A DNA stretch of 64,000 bases from Marsupella aquatica (taxonomy: Eukaryota; Plantae; Marchantiophyta), in assembly GCA_973895155.1 (NCBI GenBank), contig OZ316892.1, forward strand, positions 26,869,233 to 26,933,232. Direction: 5' to 3'. The notes below the pieces were generated by a model. That model did not search any database, had not been told where the DNA came from, and saw nothing but the letters and a program-made list of their open reading frames with translations. How positions within the stretch are numbered: the first letter of the stretch is position 1; the number at the start of each line of letters is the position of its first letter. Of this stretch, positions 13,064 through 24,430 are shown piece after piece. Both the position numbers and the translations under genes were made by a program.

Positions 13064-14098
13064 TCATAAAACATACTCATCATTGAGTAAATCAGCTTCT
13101 CCATCAGCCCTAGCCACATTTGCCGATGAAGTTTCCGCTGCCTTTCCCTTACAGTCTCGCTTGAAGTGTCCAACTTGGTTGCACTTCCAACATGTCACCT
13201 GCCTCCTCTGAGGGGATTTACCCTTGGACTTAGATCTGGATTTAGATCTAAACTGGGTTCTACGGTCCCCAGTTGGTCGCTGCATACTCCTCCCACGGTT
13301 AACATTGAGGGCAGCACCAGATGATGAAGGCTGTGACGTGATGTGCATCTTCTGTTGAAGATCATCACTAAGCAAAGAACTTACCACGTCATTGTATGAA
13401 ATGGTATCCCTATCACGATGCAACAACACTCGTGATAGGGACTGGTAAGATGGAGGCAATGAACTAAGAAGCTGCAGAGCCTTCGTCTCATCATTCAAAG
13501 TCTCCCCAAGGTTTTCCAAGTCAACGACCATGTCGCTGAAAGCATCCACATGGTCTTGCAACTTCGTACCAGATTCCTTCATCCTGAAACTCATCAGTTT
13601 GTAGGAAGTGTAGAGCCGGTTCGACAACTCCTTGCGGTGATACTTGCTCTGCAATTCTGCAAACAAGGACATGCAATCCTTATGTGCACCTAACTGCTTG
13701 ATGATGGGAGGCATGAGATAGAGTGTAACACACCACACTCCCTGCTCCTGCATGCGGTCCCATTGTTTCTCATCAACATCGTCTTCACGAGGGCTCAGCA
13801 GTTGGCCCATCCCTGACGCATAAAGCACTCCCTTCACCTGCTTCTCCCATAGCAAGTAGTCAGAGCGCCCATCATACTTTGTCACTTCATACTTGGGTCC
13901 CCCAAGCTTGAAAGTCCCCATCTTCTTCTTTACCGTGAGCTCCGGTAGTAGTACTGCTTCCTCCACCACACGCCGCACCGGTGATGGTATCGGTGTCACG
14001 TGCTCTTCCTCCTGCTCCTCTCTCTGCCCCTGAAACCTCCGCGGTGATCCTCGTGCTTCAAGTTCCACGTCTTCGAAAAACTCCTCCGAATCACTCAT
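13064..14098 (-). CDS. gag: Copia Gag with CCHC zinc knuckle
   Basis: 344-aa ORF with KYDGRSDYLLW, LLSSLPPSY and CWKCNQVGHFKRDC; ends in a TGA that is in frame with pol. Confidence 0.95.
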   Translation of the reverse strand: MSDSEEFFEDVELEARGSPRRFQGQREEQEEEHVTPIPSPVRRVVEEAVLLPELTVKKKMGTFKLGGPKYEVTKYDGRSDYLLWEKQVKGVLYASGMGQLLSPREDDVDEKQWDRMQEQGVWCVTLYLMPPIIKQLGAHKDCMSLFAELQSKYHRKELSNRLYTSYKLMSFRMKESGTKLQDHVDAFSDMVVDLENLGETLNDETKALQLLSSLPPSYQSLSRVLLHRDRDTISYNDVVSSLLSDDLQQKMHITSQPSSSGAALNVNRGRSMQRPTGDRRTQFRSKSRSKSKGKSPQRRQVTCWKCNQVGHFKRDCKGKAAETSSANVARADGEADLLNDEYVL

Positions 14099-16309
14099 AT
14101 GAGAAAGTCACAAAAAATGTTGTTTTTCACAACTTCTCAAAAAACTCGAAACTCAACACCGCCGCGTAGCCCACAAAGCTAGGAGTCCAATACTGAAAAC
14201 CAAAATCAAAATCGAAATTTGACGGAAAAGTTATTCAAATTTCGGTCGAGGTGGGTAAAACCTTGGGAAACTCCCCCGTTTTGACCACCTCAGGGAATAA
14301 CCGAAATACCAAGTACAACCCGTTGTCGGAATTGCGATGTGATTGGTGCGCTGCATTGCCAACTTCAATGGCTACGACCTCACTTGTCAACAACGAATGT
14401 TGATCAATTGCACTTGGTGCCGTCACCAAGTCCAACAAGGTAATTGATTTTGCTTAGCCTTCCTCTTTGCATCAAAGAGCCAATCCCGGACTCAAAAACA
14501 ATCGTCTTGCCTCAATCTCTCCGTTGAGTCAAAACACTTGACGCTTCTCCCTCCGAGTCGATTGCCAACTTTCTTCACAAAATCCAGAACGACGAAAACT
14601 TAGATCTCTCTGCACCACGAGCTCCGTTCAACGATTTCTTCACACCGTTAGAAAGCTCTTGCCCTGATCTATCCGTTGAGCCCATAAACTCCAAGTTCCA
14701 TGCGATGGAACTCTGGAAAATCCACCAACACTCAACGCTGGAAAAACCGTCATGAAATCCCATCACGAACACACGTCACCTCCCAAGCATGCTCTGATAC
14801 CAATTGTTGAGCATAGACGACAATCGCAACGGCAAGCCCATGAACCATCCAACGCACAATAGTCGACACAAGAGATACGTGGTTCACCTCCTTGAGGCTA
14901 CGTCCACGGGAACACACAAGAGAGCTTTACTGAACTCTAAGCCCGTCGGCTATACCGAGTCTCCACAGTGTAAGCTCTCCCTATCTCTCAAGTGGCTCCA
15001 TAACAATGAGCCTTGGTTCTACCTCTCCAAGCACACATGCCTCTTATGATATAGTGTGCAATTTAGTTGTACCTAACCACATAGTTGTACCTAATTACGT
15101 AGTTGTACCTAACCACATAGTTGTACCTAATCACGTAGTTGTACCTAACCACGTAGTTGTACCAACCCATGTTGTTGTACCAACCACGTCATACCTAACC
15201 TAGACGTAAGAGTAAATACCCAACACAACCAGGCAATTGTGCGAAGTTTGGAGCCTCATGGGAAGGAGCACACTATTCAGAATATCTTTTCAAACTTCCC
15301 TTCTTGTGATTGTAAGTGGGCTCATGAAGGAAATATGTGCAAGCATCAGCTTAAAGCTTTGCTATTGAGAGGCCTTCATGGTGGCGTCCTAGTTCAACAA
15401 CTAGGTTCCAGGTTTGGTACGCTGATGGGTGGCATCCACCATTTGGAGTCTAACATTGGCACCCAGACTACGGGAAATGATCAGTCGCAACAAATGGAAC
15501 ATGAAGGTGGAGAGTATCATGCAGTCCATGATGGCACAACCACTGACAATTTGCATGAACAAGTGAGCTCACATAAAACCAAACTTTTGTTTACCCTCTA
15601 TTTCTTAATGTATAGCCTATGTCTGTATTATCTGCCATCTTGTTTAGGGCAAAGGCTTCATCGTCTTTTGCCAGTAGTTCCACTTACAATGTCTCTTTGT
15701 ACCAGGTTTTGCAGAATAGTTGTGTGCCTACCTAGAGTAGGGAGCCTGCTATGAGACAGGCTGTGATGCGTATTTACGATGAGATGTTGGCGCTTGTTGA
15801 GGGTGATGATGAACTCACAGAACAAGCTTTCTTGGCATCACAACTTACGCTGAACCCCGCGCTGAACAAACTAAAGGCCCAACAACAAATCCAAGTTCTG
15901 TCAGGAAAGGTTAATATAAGGCCTGTAGGTCTTACGTCAAAGCGTCGATTGGGAGTTGTAGACATTTACCATGGGGGAAAGAGAGGGCAACGAACTCAGG
16001 CAGGAAGAGTTTCACAAGAAAACCATTGCTCTGATGACCGTTTGGCACCATCTGCACTACCTTCAAAGTGCAAAGTCAGAAGAGAATCAAATAGACAACA
16101 CTTATGTAGGAGAGGCAAAGAATATGAGGAAGGTAGGCGAAGGCGGAGGACTGAAAATTTAGTCCTGCCAATAGTTCCACCTCGTGTTATGAATCTTGGA
16201 GGGGGTGGTAGGGATGTAGACATGAACATCAGTATTGACCTCAATGTTGCACCACTATTGGGAAATGATGAATAAGATTCCACTTGTTGAGAAATTATGT
16301 ATTGCACCA

Positions 16310-16630
16310 TCTCAATGATGAGGAAGGGCCGTCCTTGTTTATGTGTGTGACAAATTGTAATCCTTCACTCCCCGGTATATGTGATGACAGAACACAAACC
16401 TTGACTCCCCCTAAAACGGATGAGGAAGGATTCTCCCTCGGGTTGTCGGCCGTATATGTGTATGGCAGAACGCAAACCAAGACTCTCCCGGATGTGTTTC
16501 TGACAGAACGTAAACCTTGACTCCTCCAAAATCGGATAGGTGTATGACAAACCGCAAACCTTAACTCTGGTCCCAGGGTCAAGGATGAGGGAGGGTCGTC
16601 CTTGTCTATATGGATGACATAACTTAAACC
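16310..16630. repeat. Degenerate direct repeats 3' of the MULE-1 transposase (GATGAGGARGG...GACAGAAC.CAAACCTTGACTCC)
   Basis: GATGAGGAAGG/GATGAGGAGGG near 16317, 16419, 16585 and AAACCTT(G/A)ACTC near 16396, 16512, 16556. Confidence 0.6.
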
Positions 16631-16967
16631 CAACAGCAAAGAGCTAGTTATATGTGTTGACTTTGTTGTGGCATAAGTAGTAGCACTTGGTTCAAATGTG
16701 TTGGGAACCAGACCGTGGCTTATACCAAGACAAGGGTATAGCATGTGTGAGACAAAACATATGAACACGCAAGTGTATTTTGCCTCCTATGAAAGCATGT
16801 GTGAGGCAACGATGTCGGAGTAACCAGAACATGTAGTCCAAAATATATAGGGTCTTTTATTCAAAACTTTGTTCTGCTGAAACTGTCAAAAAGCATATCA
16901 CAATACATATTCAAGACTTCAGTGTATTGACATACAGTTGCCAAGAAGCAGATAATTTTACATGTGA

Positions 16968-19900
16968 TGTCACTTGCCTATCCAATGATTAATACGTGCA
17001 AACCGTACTTTTCTTCGCTTAAACCGTTGGTATCGTATTACGGGGTCGTGGAGGGATGCTATTTGGAGGATTTTCACACCTAAGGATGAGTATGTTTGAT
17101 TCCGCTCCTGGAAGTGTACTTTTTGATCAAGTCTACCGACTGGTCTCTCCGTTTTTGATCAAGTCCAAGGGACTGGTCCTACCATGGATCTACAACTCAT
17201 GCCCACCGGGTGAGTGCTGTCACCACCCCCCTCTCATGGGCAAGCATACAAACGTTTACAATAAGGTTTGAACACTAGTGACAAGGGCAAATGTTTCCAC
17301 AACGAAACCGACCACATGCACTAGGGGAGGAAAACAAACAACACAAGCAACAACAAGTGACACACAATATATTGGAACCTCAAGCCAAATCCATATCTCT
17401 TGGTGTTTTCCATAACACATGCAAGCTTAGGACAACCCGGCCTCCTGCCGTCTGCCCAACTTCTGCCTCCCTGGGACAAGTGCTACGTTCTCCACCTCAA
17501 TACTCTGGCTTGAACTTCACCTAATCGGTGTGCTACTCACAAAAGCTACTCAAAAGCATCAAAGCACTACGCTGAGTTCCCCCCTACTACTCCGGGGCTC
17601 TCCCCCTAAATACTGAAAAAACACGCCAAAGCACCCCTCACGGGATCACCATGGTGGCAGCCACCCTAGCGGCGCCGCTACACCCTTTACTAAGAAACCC
17701 CTAAACTAAAACCATGCGGCACACACATGCTTCTAAAACCCTAAACCCTAAAACTAACAATGGGGCCGACGGTGCCTTCGACGGCGCCCCAACATTACTC
17801 TGTGAACCGTGAAATTGCAAGGAGCCCCACAATGGCCGAAACTAGGCTTCCACTTGCACTTCTGAGTTCACCCCTGGATAGCTCTCCTGCTCCTGATCAC
17901 GAATCACTCAACCGCTCTTGAAATGGACATCGGACGACCAAGTTATGGTCGTTTCAGTATCCCGTAATCACAACTTCGCCGAGCCATAACCTGCTCATCC
18001 TGGCTCCGTTTGAGGAGCGCCGCCCCTTGTTGGAATCAGCTCCGCGAGCTCTTTCCAACAAGCCCGTGAGTGACCCCTCACAAAAAAGTTGGAAAGTCCA
18101 GGGGCCGTACAACCACGTCCGTACGACCACTCTAATCCTCCTCCTCTTCACTCACGGTGCCCTGGCTTGAGCCCCGTGAGTGGGCCTCCTCATCACTCTC
18201 CACGGGAGTGAGTGCCACTTCACTCCTCTTCTTCTTTACCGGGGTACTCCTTGTGCTAGTGCTCCCCTGCTTTCTTAAATTGGCCAAGGCCTGCCACGCC
18301 TTAATGTACCCCTCATCAATGGTGTCCTTCCATAAGGCCACCTCTTCACCGGACCGCAACTCCAACGGTAAAACCTGCCCGGTGGCCATGGGAGTCCCAG
18401 GGGTGACAGATCGGGGTCCCCGTGTTGACCTGAGCTTCTCGTAAAGATTTGCGTACCTCCCTGAGCTTTTTCTCTAAGCTCTTGCTCTTCTCTTGACTCT
18501 TCTTGGCTGCATCCAACAGGGGTCCATACTTCCCACTGACTTCCTTCACCACCATCTTAATGGCCTTGGAGATCAAATCCGGGAAAAGTGTGGAGCTAGA
18601 TGTGCAGGGGCTCTTCCGTTTCCCCAGACTCAAGGCCTCACTCCTCTTAGCCCTTGTCTCAAAGTCCACCATTTGACTCCGTAGTGCTCCCACCTGGGCT
18701 TTTAACTCCACCACTTCTCCAGAATTCTGCTTCTCTCTGGCCAATGCCTATTTCAATACTCCAACCTCTTCCGCTTCCTTGGCCTTGGTGGACAAGGCTC
18801 CCTTCAAGTTGGAGATCTCTACGTGAGCTACTTGGAGAAGCTTAACCTTCTCATGAATGGCCTCCTCCTTGGCCTTGATCACCTCCTTCATAGACAAGGC
18901 ACTCTGCTCCAAAGTCTCTACTCTGGCGGTGGCCTGCTTGAGAGAATCTCTCAATGCGTGGACTAGTTTGAGTCCCTCATGGACTCCCTCCCGGAAATCC
19001 CGTAACTCCGCCAGGTAGACATCAGGAATGTCGTAGACCAGGGGCTCCTCCGGATTTCCCACAAGTGATTCAAGCCACTCCAATGTGGAGTCCTCATCCT
19101 GGTTTTCTTCCTCTCTATCATCATTCCCAACCGCCGACGATGATCCCTCCGTTAGTTTCCCCAAGATGGTAGTGGCAATACTCCTGATTTCCGTGGTAAG
19201 GGATGATCCAGAGTCTTCCTGTCCCGAGGAAACCATCCATCCTTCTGCTCTGGCCAGCAAAAAGGACCCCATCAAATGTACAGCCCCACCTGGTTTCACA
19301 CTCCCGGGATCAGCGTCCAATAGCTTCTTCAACCCGTAGTACCACCATCCGTACACATGGGCTGGATAGTTCTTGTTGTCCATAGCTATTACGAAATGCT
19401 CTCCATTCACCACCCCAGATTGCACGTTACCAAGGACCCGTTGATGAACCTTGGCCAGAAATCCCTTGTGCTCAGCATCCTTGACAGCGGAAAGAGGAAT
19501 GGAAGTAGTGGAGGTGGGATTAATATCACCCAACCGGCCACCATTGTCAACGTGAGCTCTCCCCTTATGTTCCGAGGTGTGAATGAGAATTGCTGGTTCT
19601 CCAGGAACAGAAGCTTAGCTAACTCCACATGGGGCACTACCCGTTGGAGACATTCAAAGTAGATTCCTTCCGTACGTAACTCCATCCTGGCCTCAATGTT
19701 CCAACTCTTTCCCGAAGGGATTGTAATCTCCACCTTCATGAACCCCGTGAGCCCGGTGACTTGAAAAATATTCCTACAATCCTCCATCACCTTGGCGGAG
19801 GTTTTGGGATAAATTCAATGAAAAACCTTCCTACTCACCGGTGCGGAACTTGCTGCCAGTCCGGTACTCATCGTAGCTTCCCTCTCTTCTCTCTCTCTTG

Positions 19901-20997
19901 CAATCAATGTCTCAACATAGTCACGGTAAGCAGCCTTGTATCTCCGAATGCGTGCCGCACTAAACTCCGGTTGATCCAGCATCCACGCATCCAGAAATCA
20001 AATCCTCAATCACCAAGTCCCGTCACCCGTAGCAATGTCAATTCCCTGGCCCGAGGCGGCCCCCGTATCCCGATCAATCAATTACCCTCAATTCCCTCAG
20101 AAGCCACTTTGTGCTGCTGCCGCTAATGCCCGGAAGAATCATGCCACCAAGCCCCACCAATCTACCATGAGAGAGAGCTTCAAAAATAATTAGAATGTGG
20201 AGAGAGCTTTCGGCAAGGTGTTGGGAGAGAGCTCAAGTTTTGCTTTCGGCAAGGAGAGGATCGTGCAAAAGAGTAGGAGAAACCTTGCCCTTTTTAAGGG
20301 GGGTCCTCCCTCACTCGCGAGTGCCTCGCGGGACCGGCTTCCCCTAACTGAGCGCCCCTTATGGTTTTGGGCACGCAGCCCTATGGGCTCGCCTACGAAG
20401 CCCTCCTTAAGGGAGGGTTTTAATTAAAACCTCCCCTTATTATTATTTTTTCTTTTCGGCCTCCTCCTGCGTGCGTCCGGCTGCCCACTCGCGGGGCTCG
20501 GTAAGAGGTCTCCGTTAGAGGGGCTCCTTGAGAGGGGCTTAATCCCCCCCGCCATGCGCCCCGGCTGCCCTTATGGAGATGCCAGGTGGCGCCCACCTAG
20601 GTTGCCCCTTATGGACTTCTTCACTCCCTTTCCTCAATGCCCCTTTACTCCAAAAAACTTTTAACCTCTCAAAAGAACTCCTTCTCTTCTTTTGGCCCTT
20701 ATTGTGGTTATACCCGTTTAACCCAAAAAAAAAAAAAAGTTAACCTCTTGGACTTATAGGGGGAACTTGACAATGGTTCAAGCGAAAAGGCCAGGCCATC
20801 TATTTTCCTCTAGGTTTCCGTGACCGTTTAGAACTATTCTGAGAAGGAAATAAAGTAAAGTCCTCCTGGCAGCACCAACTTGAAAGGACGGAATTAACTC
20901 AAAAATTAAAAAATACGATTTATTTACAGTGGTTATTTACATGGCACAACCCAGTAAACAATTATTGAGGATTTTCGGTGACGGGGACCCCGTCACA
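16968..20997 (-). mobile_element. 4.0-kb TG..CA insertion, probably the solo LTR of a large (Gypsy-like) retrotransposon
   Basis: Ends TGTCAC...CCCCGTCACA; 5-bp TSD TGTGA (16963-16967, 20998-21002). The rejoined flanks align with the empty site in MULE-2 (~36727-36780). No terminal direct repeats and no RT/INT seen. Confidence 0.8.
18132..20170 (-). pseudogene. Decayed ~2-kb ORF of unknown function with a coiled-coil-like C-terminal half, inside the solo-LTR-like insert
   Basis: ORFs 18748-19533 and 18346-18744 are one frame separated by a single TAG; an upstream frame (~20140-19790) reads protein-like with stops explicable as C>T changes; frameshifts link the pieces. Confidence 0.55.
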
Positions 20998-21007
20998 TGT
21001 GATATGG

Positions 21008-24000
21008 CTACAAAACTATTGTTGTTGGCAAAGGATCCAATTCCAGGCCTGGGAATTTTGATACGTCTGCTAGAGCCCCAATGTCTTCAACTCTATGACC
21101 CAAGGCTTTCCTAATCTGAAGGTCAATGAGAGCCCGTCGATCTTTGAGTAACAAGTCAACGTGCCTTGACAGAATTGGGACACCATCCGGGCCAACCCAT
21201 ATAAACAAGTAGCCCGGCCACTGATGATCTGGATGAACCGGTGGAAAAGGCACGACCAGTTTCCTGCAAGTCAAAACATAAACCATTACACATACGGGAA
21301 ACAAAAATCTGGATAAGGTTTACAGCTGAAGAAAGGGTTTGCAGTATTTGGTGCTTACCTTGTGTGATAAACCCAATGCCAAATTTCCCGACTACTGTAC
21401 AGCTTGCGTCTCTTGGCATGTAAAGGCAGCCAGATTTGCGTACCGTTTGGGACTCCCAAGTTATAGGTGTGGATGAATGGAATACTCACTCCATTGACAA
21501 GTAAGTTTGGCAAGGGATTGACAATCACTGTTAGTTTGTCAAGTGCATGGGTTATTGCATTCCCCAATTCCTCTGTCCATTTCACCTTGCCCTAGGATTC
21601 TGGACCAGGTAGGGGTGCACTGGTCATTTCTGCATTCAAGAAGGTCACCTTCTTGGCCTTTTTTGGTGGTTTGACCTGGCCAGCCCCCTTTGTCCGACTG
21701 CTTTGCGGTTGTTTTGCCCTACCCTGCATGCCAAAAAATGCACAAAAAACATCCACTAGTTCAGGATTGGTAATGACAATGAAGAAAGAACTTGCAGTAT
21801 ATAATAAACACACAACAGATCAATCAGACCTTCTTTGCAGACATGTGTGCCAAAAAGGCTTCAATACGAGTTTCATCTTCATGTTGTTCTTCATCTTGAA
21901 CTTCATGATCTTTTTTATGTTCCTGTTCATGTGTGGATCCGTCCTCTGTTGTGGCTTCTTGGCTGTCTGTTGGCCCTGATTCGTGTTCACCTTCTTCTTG
22001 GGCACTGTCATGTAATGGTCCCGGTAATGGTGGCGGCACAACATTTGGGTCTCCTGGTTCAGGGGCCCCATCATCTTCAACCCCATTTACTTTTGCCTCA
22101 TCATTGTCTGCTTCAGACCCATCATCTTCTGCCCCATGTTCTTCTACTTGGGACGCATCAGCTTCCACTTCAGCCTCATCATTGTCTACTTCAGCCTCAA
22201 TTCTCCCCAATCTGCTTCTGCCTCATCATCATCTACTTCAGCCTCATCATCGTCTGCTTCAGCCTCATCATCGTCTGCTTTAGCCTCATCATCGTCTGCT
22301 TCAGCCTCATCATCGTCTGCTTCAGCCTCATCATCGTTTGCTTCAGACTCATCATCTTCTGCTTGGGACGCATCATCTTGTCCCTCATCTTCTTCAGCCT
22401 CGTCATCATCTGCTTCAGACCCATCATCTTCTGCTTGGGCTGCATCATGTTGTGGCCCATCTTCTTCTGCCCCGTCTTCTTGTGTCTCCTCTGTTGTGGC
22501 CTCTGTCGCTTTTTCATTGTCTGCCAAAGTCTGGAAGGCAGACATGGCACAAGTGTACCACAAAGCCAAACGGGATGGTCACAACATAAACCATTACTCC
22601 ACATTGAAAATGATCAGAACATAAACCATTACTCTACGTTGGTAATGGCAAAACATAAACCAAAAATGCACAATATTGACAGTGGCAAAACATAAACCTA
22701 AACTCCACATTCGTATTGGTAAAACATGAACCATTACTCCACGTTCGTAATGACAAAACATAAACCAGAACTCCATATGAATTGTATTCATTGGTAAAAC
22801 ATAAACCATTACTCCACGTTGGTTATGGCAAAACATAAACCAAAAATGCACAATCTTGATAATGGCAAAACATAAACCAGAACTCCACATTTGTAATGGT
22901 AAAACATAAACCATTACTCCACTTTGTTAACGGCAAATCATAAACTAGAACCTCACATGGGAGCGTGATTTACCTCAGATGGAGGGTTGCTCTTTTTCTG
23001 CCTCTTTGATGGTGGCTGTTGGGTTTTGTTGGTGGCTGTTGTGTCCAACTCTGACCTTCGACGTGCTCTAGAGGCTCTGTCAAAAACGGCCTTTGGCTAC
23101 ACACATGTACAGAAAATTGTCCTAGTAGTACAAAAACAAAAATGTCATTTGCAGTGCATGGCAAGACCAAAAAACATTTCAAAGTGCCTAACCTGCTGTA
23201 CGGTTATGGTTGTTGCTTTCTTCTTCCTGGACCTTGCAGGGTGTGTAATTGGCTCCACTTGCTCTGAAGTGTTGTTGGCAAGCTTGCTCGGCTGTGTGCG
23301 AGGCTCTGTGGGCTTCTTACGTCCTGGCTTAGCTTTAGCCCTAGCTATAGGTTTAGCTTTAGCTTTAGCTGTACCTTTAGGTGCTGGCTTCTCATAAATT
23401 TGTCGTTTCTTGAAAATAATGTTATCAGCATTGAAGTCGGTCTGGTCTAAATCTACTTCAGGCATGCCATCATCGGAGCTCCAGTTTTCAATGTCTTCCA
23501 GAACCTTTGCCTATGGACAAATACATGGAAAGAATCTGAATCTCCACGTATTTGTCCACGTATTTGTCCATAGGCAAAGGTTCCGGAACATGAACAGAAC
23601 ATGAACTCCAACAGAACATGAACTCAGACAGAATATGAATGTACATACAGAAGATGAACCACGACACGAAAATCATACCTGAGCCTGCATTTGCTCTACA
23701 TCGATGTTCTCACATTTCCAAAATGCAATAATGTTGTCTTTTACAGACGACAACATTCCGGTGAACTCCATTGAACGCCTCCAATCATAGTAGCGGTCTT
23801 TTGCCTTGCTTAGAATCCATGTCGTTTCATCCCCATCACTAGCCGACTTCAAGTTGTTTGCCCAACGGAGAAACAAAGTCATCTTCTGCCGCTTGATCTT
23901 CCAAACCCGTCCGGGATACGACCCTACAGTAGAGCGTCGATTGTGTGCGGCAACCGCTGTAGTGGGTGGAGCCCTTGCAGCACAAACAAAGGAGAAAATT

Positions 24001-24430
24001 TCTGAATATGTCACACCGACAATATTCACGAGCCAAAACATAAACCAACCCATGGAACCTCTCAATACGCAGAACATAAACAAACAAACTTTGAAATAAC
24101 GTCAATCCAGAACATAAACCAATAGTGCGCAACTCCATACCTATTTTGTTTCGACATTTTTGGACGGCCGATCGGACAGTCTTATGGATTCATGCGATGC
24201 ACAGCTCGCATGTGATCCAGAAATGCTCGCTTCTTGACAAAATGCTGACATGAGTCGTCACTCATGATTTTGCACAAAAATCCACGTCCCGATGTTCTCT
24301 TGTGGGATGGATTCTTGGCTCTCATCCAATGCTCATTGATCTTGGCCTGCGGGAATTTGATCCATTCTGCCTCCGGTGGAACCGCAGGTTTCCCTTTCCG
24401 AGGTTGCACTACTACTGAGCGAGGCGCCAT
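21008..24430 (-). pseudogene. MULE-1 accessory gene (about 7 exons), convergent with the transposase; C2H2-like finger + acidic tract + unrecognised C-terminal domain; at least two premature stops
   Basis: Exon-by-exon protein similarity to the MULE-2 minus-strand gene with GT-AG junctions; stops at 24182-24184 (MNP* vs MNPK) and ~21592 (PES* vs PESW). Confidence 0.8.
22580..22950. repeat. Intronic array of AAAACATAAACC(ATTACTCCAC) units in the MULE-1 accessory gene
   Basis: About ten recurrences of (A/G)AACAT(A/G)AAC visible. Confidence 0.9.

Larger units (their letters stand above)
9179..15225 (-). mobile_element. Ty1/Copia LTR retrotransposon, full length and young
   Basis: 421-bp TG..CA LTRs (9179-9599, 14805-15225) with 3 differences seen; 5-bp TSD CAACC (9174-9178, 15226-15230); tRNA-Met PBS TGGTATCAGAGC (14791-14802, minus); PPT AAGGGGAAGAT (9600-9610, minus); domain order PR-INT-RT-RH. 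Confidence 0.98.
6635..16275 (+). pseudogene. MULE-1 transposase (DDE + SWIM zinc finger), disrupted. Exons approx. 6635-7071, 7314-7840, 8135-8385, 8550-8746, ~8867-9178 | Copia | 15231-~15562, ~15710-16275
   Basis: Motifs KRGCQCHF, LALDSTFATNKYG (D1), FIIDCA (D2), FCSWHV (CxxH), TNGAIEAWH (E), SWIM CDCKWAHEGNMCKH. Small frameshifting deletion near 7570 and CGA>TGA near 7607 relative to MULE-2; Copia inserted between PN and QAIVRS. Confidence 0.92.

Noticed and set aside
17695-17755. AAACCCTAAACCCTA as an interstitial telomere
   Set aside because: Only 2-3 units; a common telo-box-like motif.
17015-20786. 16-bp imperfect inverted repeat (17015-17030 / 20771-20786) and the GACA at 20772 as element ends
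   Set aside because: No TSD there; the TG..CA ends at 16968/20997 have a perfect TSD and restore the empty site.
21835-22695. Plus-strand His/Leu- or Ser/Ala-rich ORFs (also 37468-38189, 1403-2701, 52192-52770)
   Set aside because: Antisense or alternative-frame shadows of low-complexity coding repeats.
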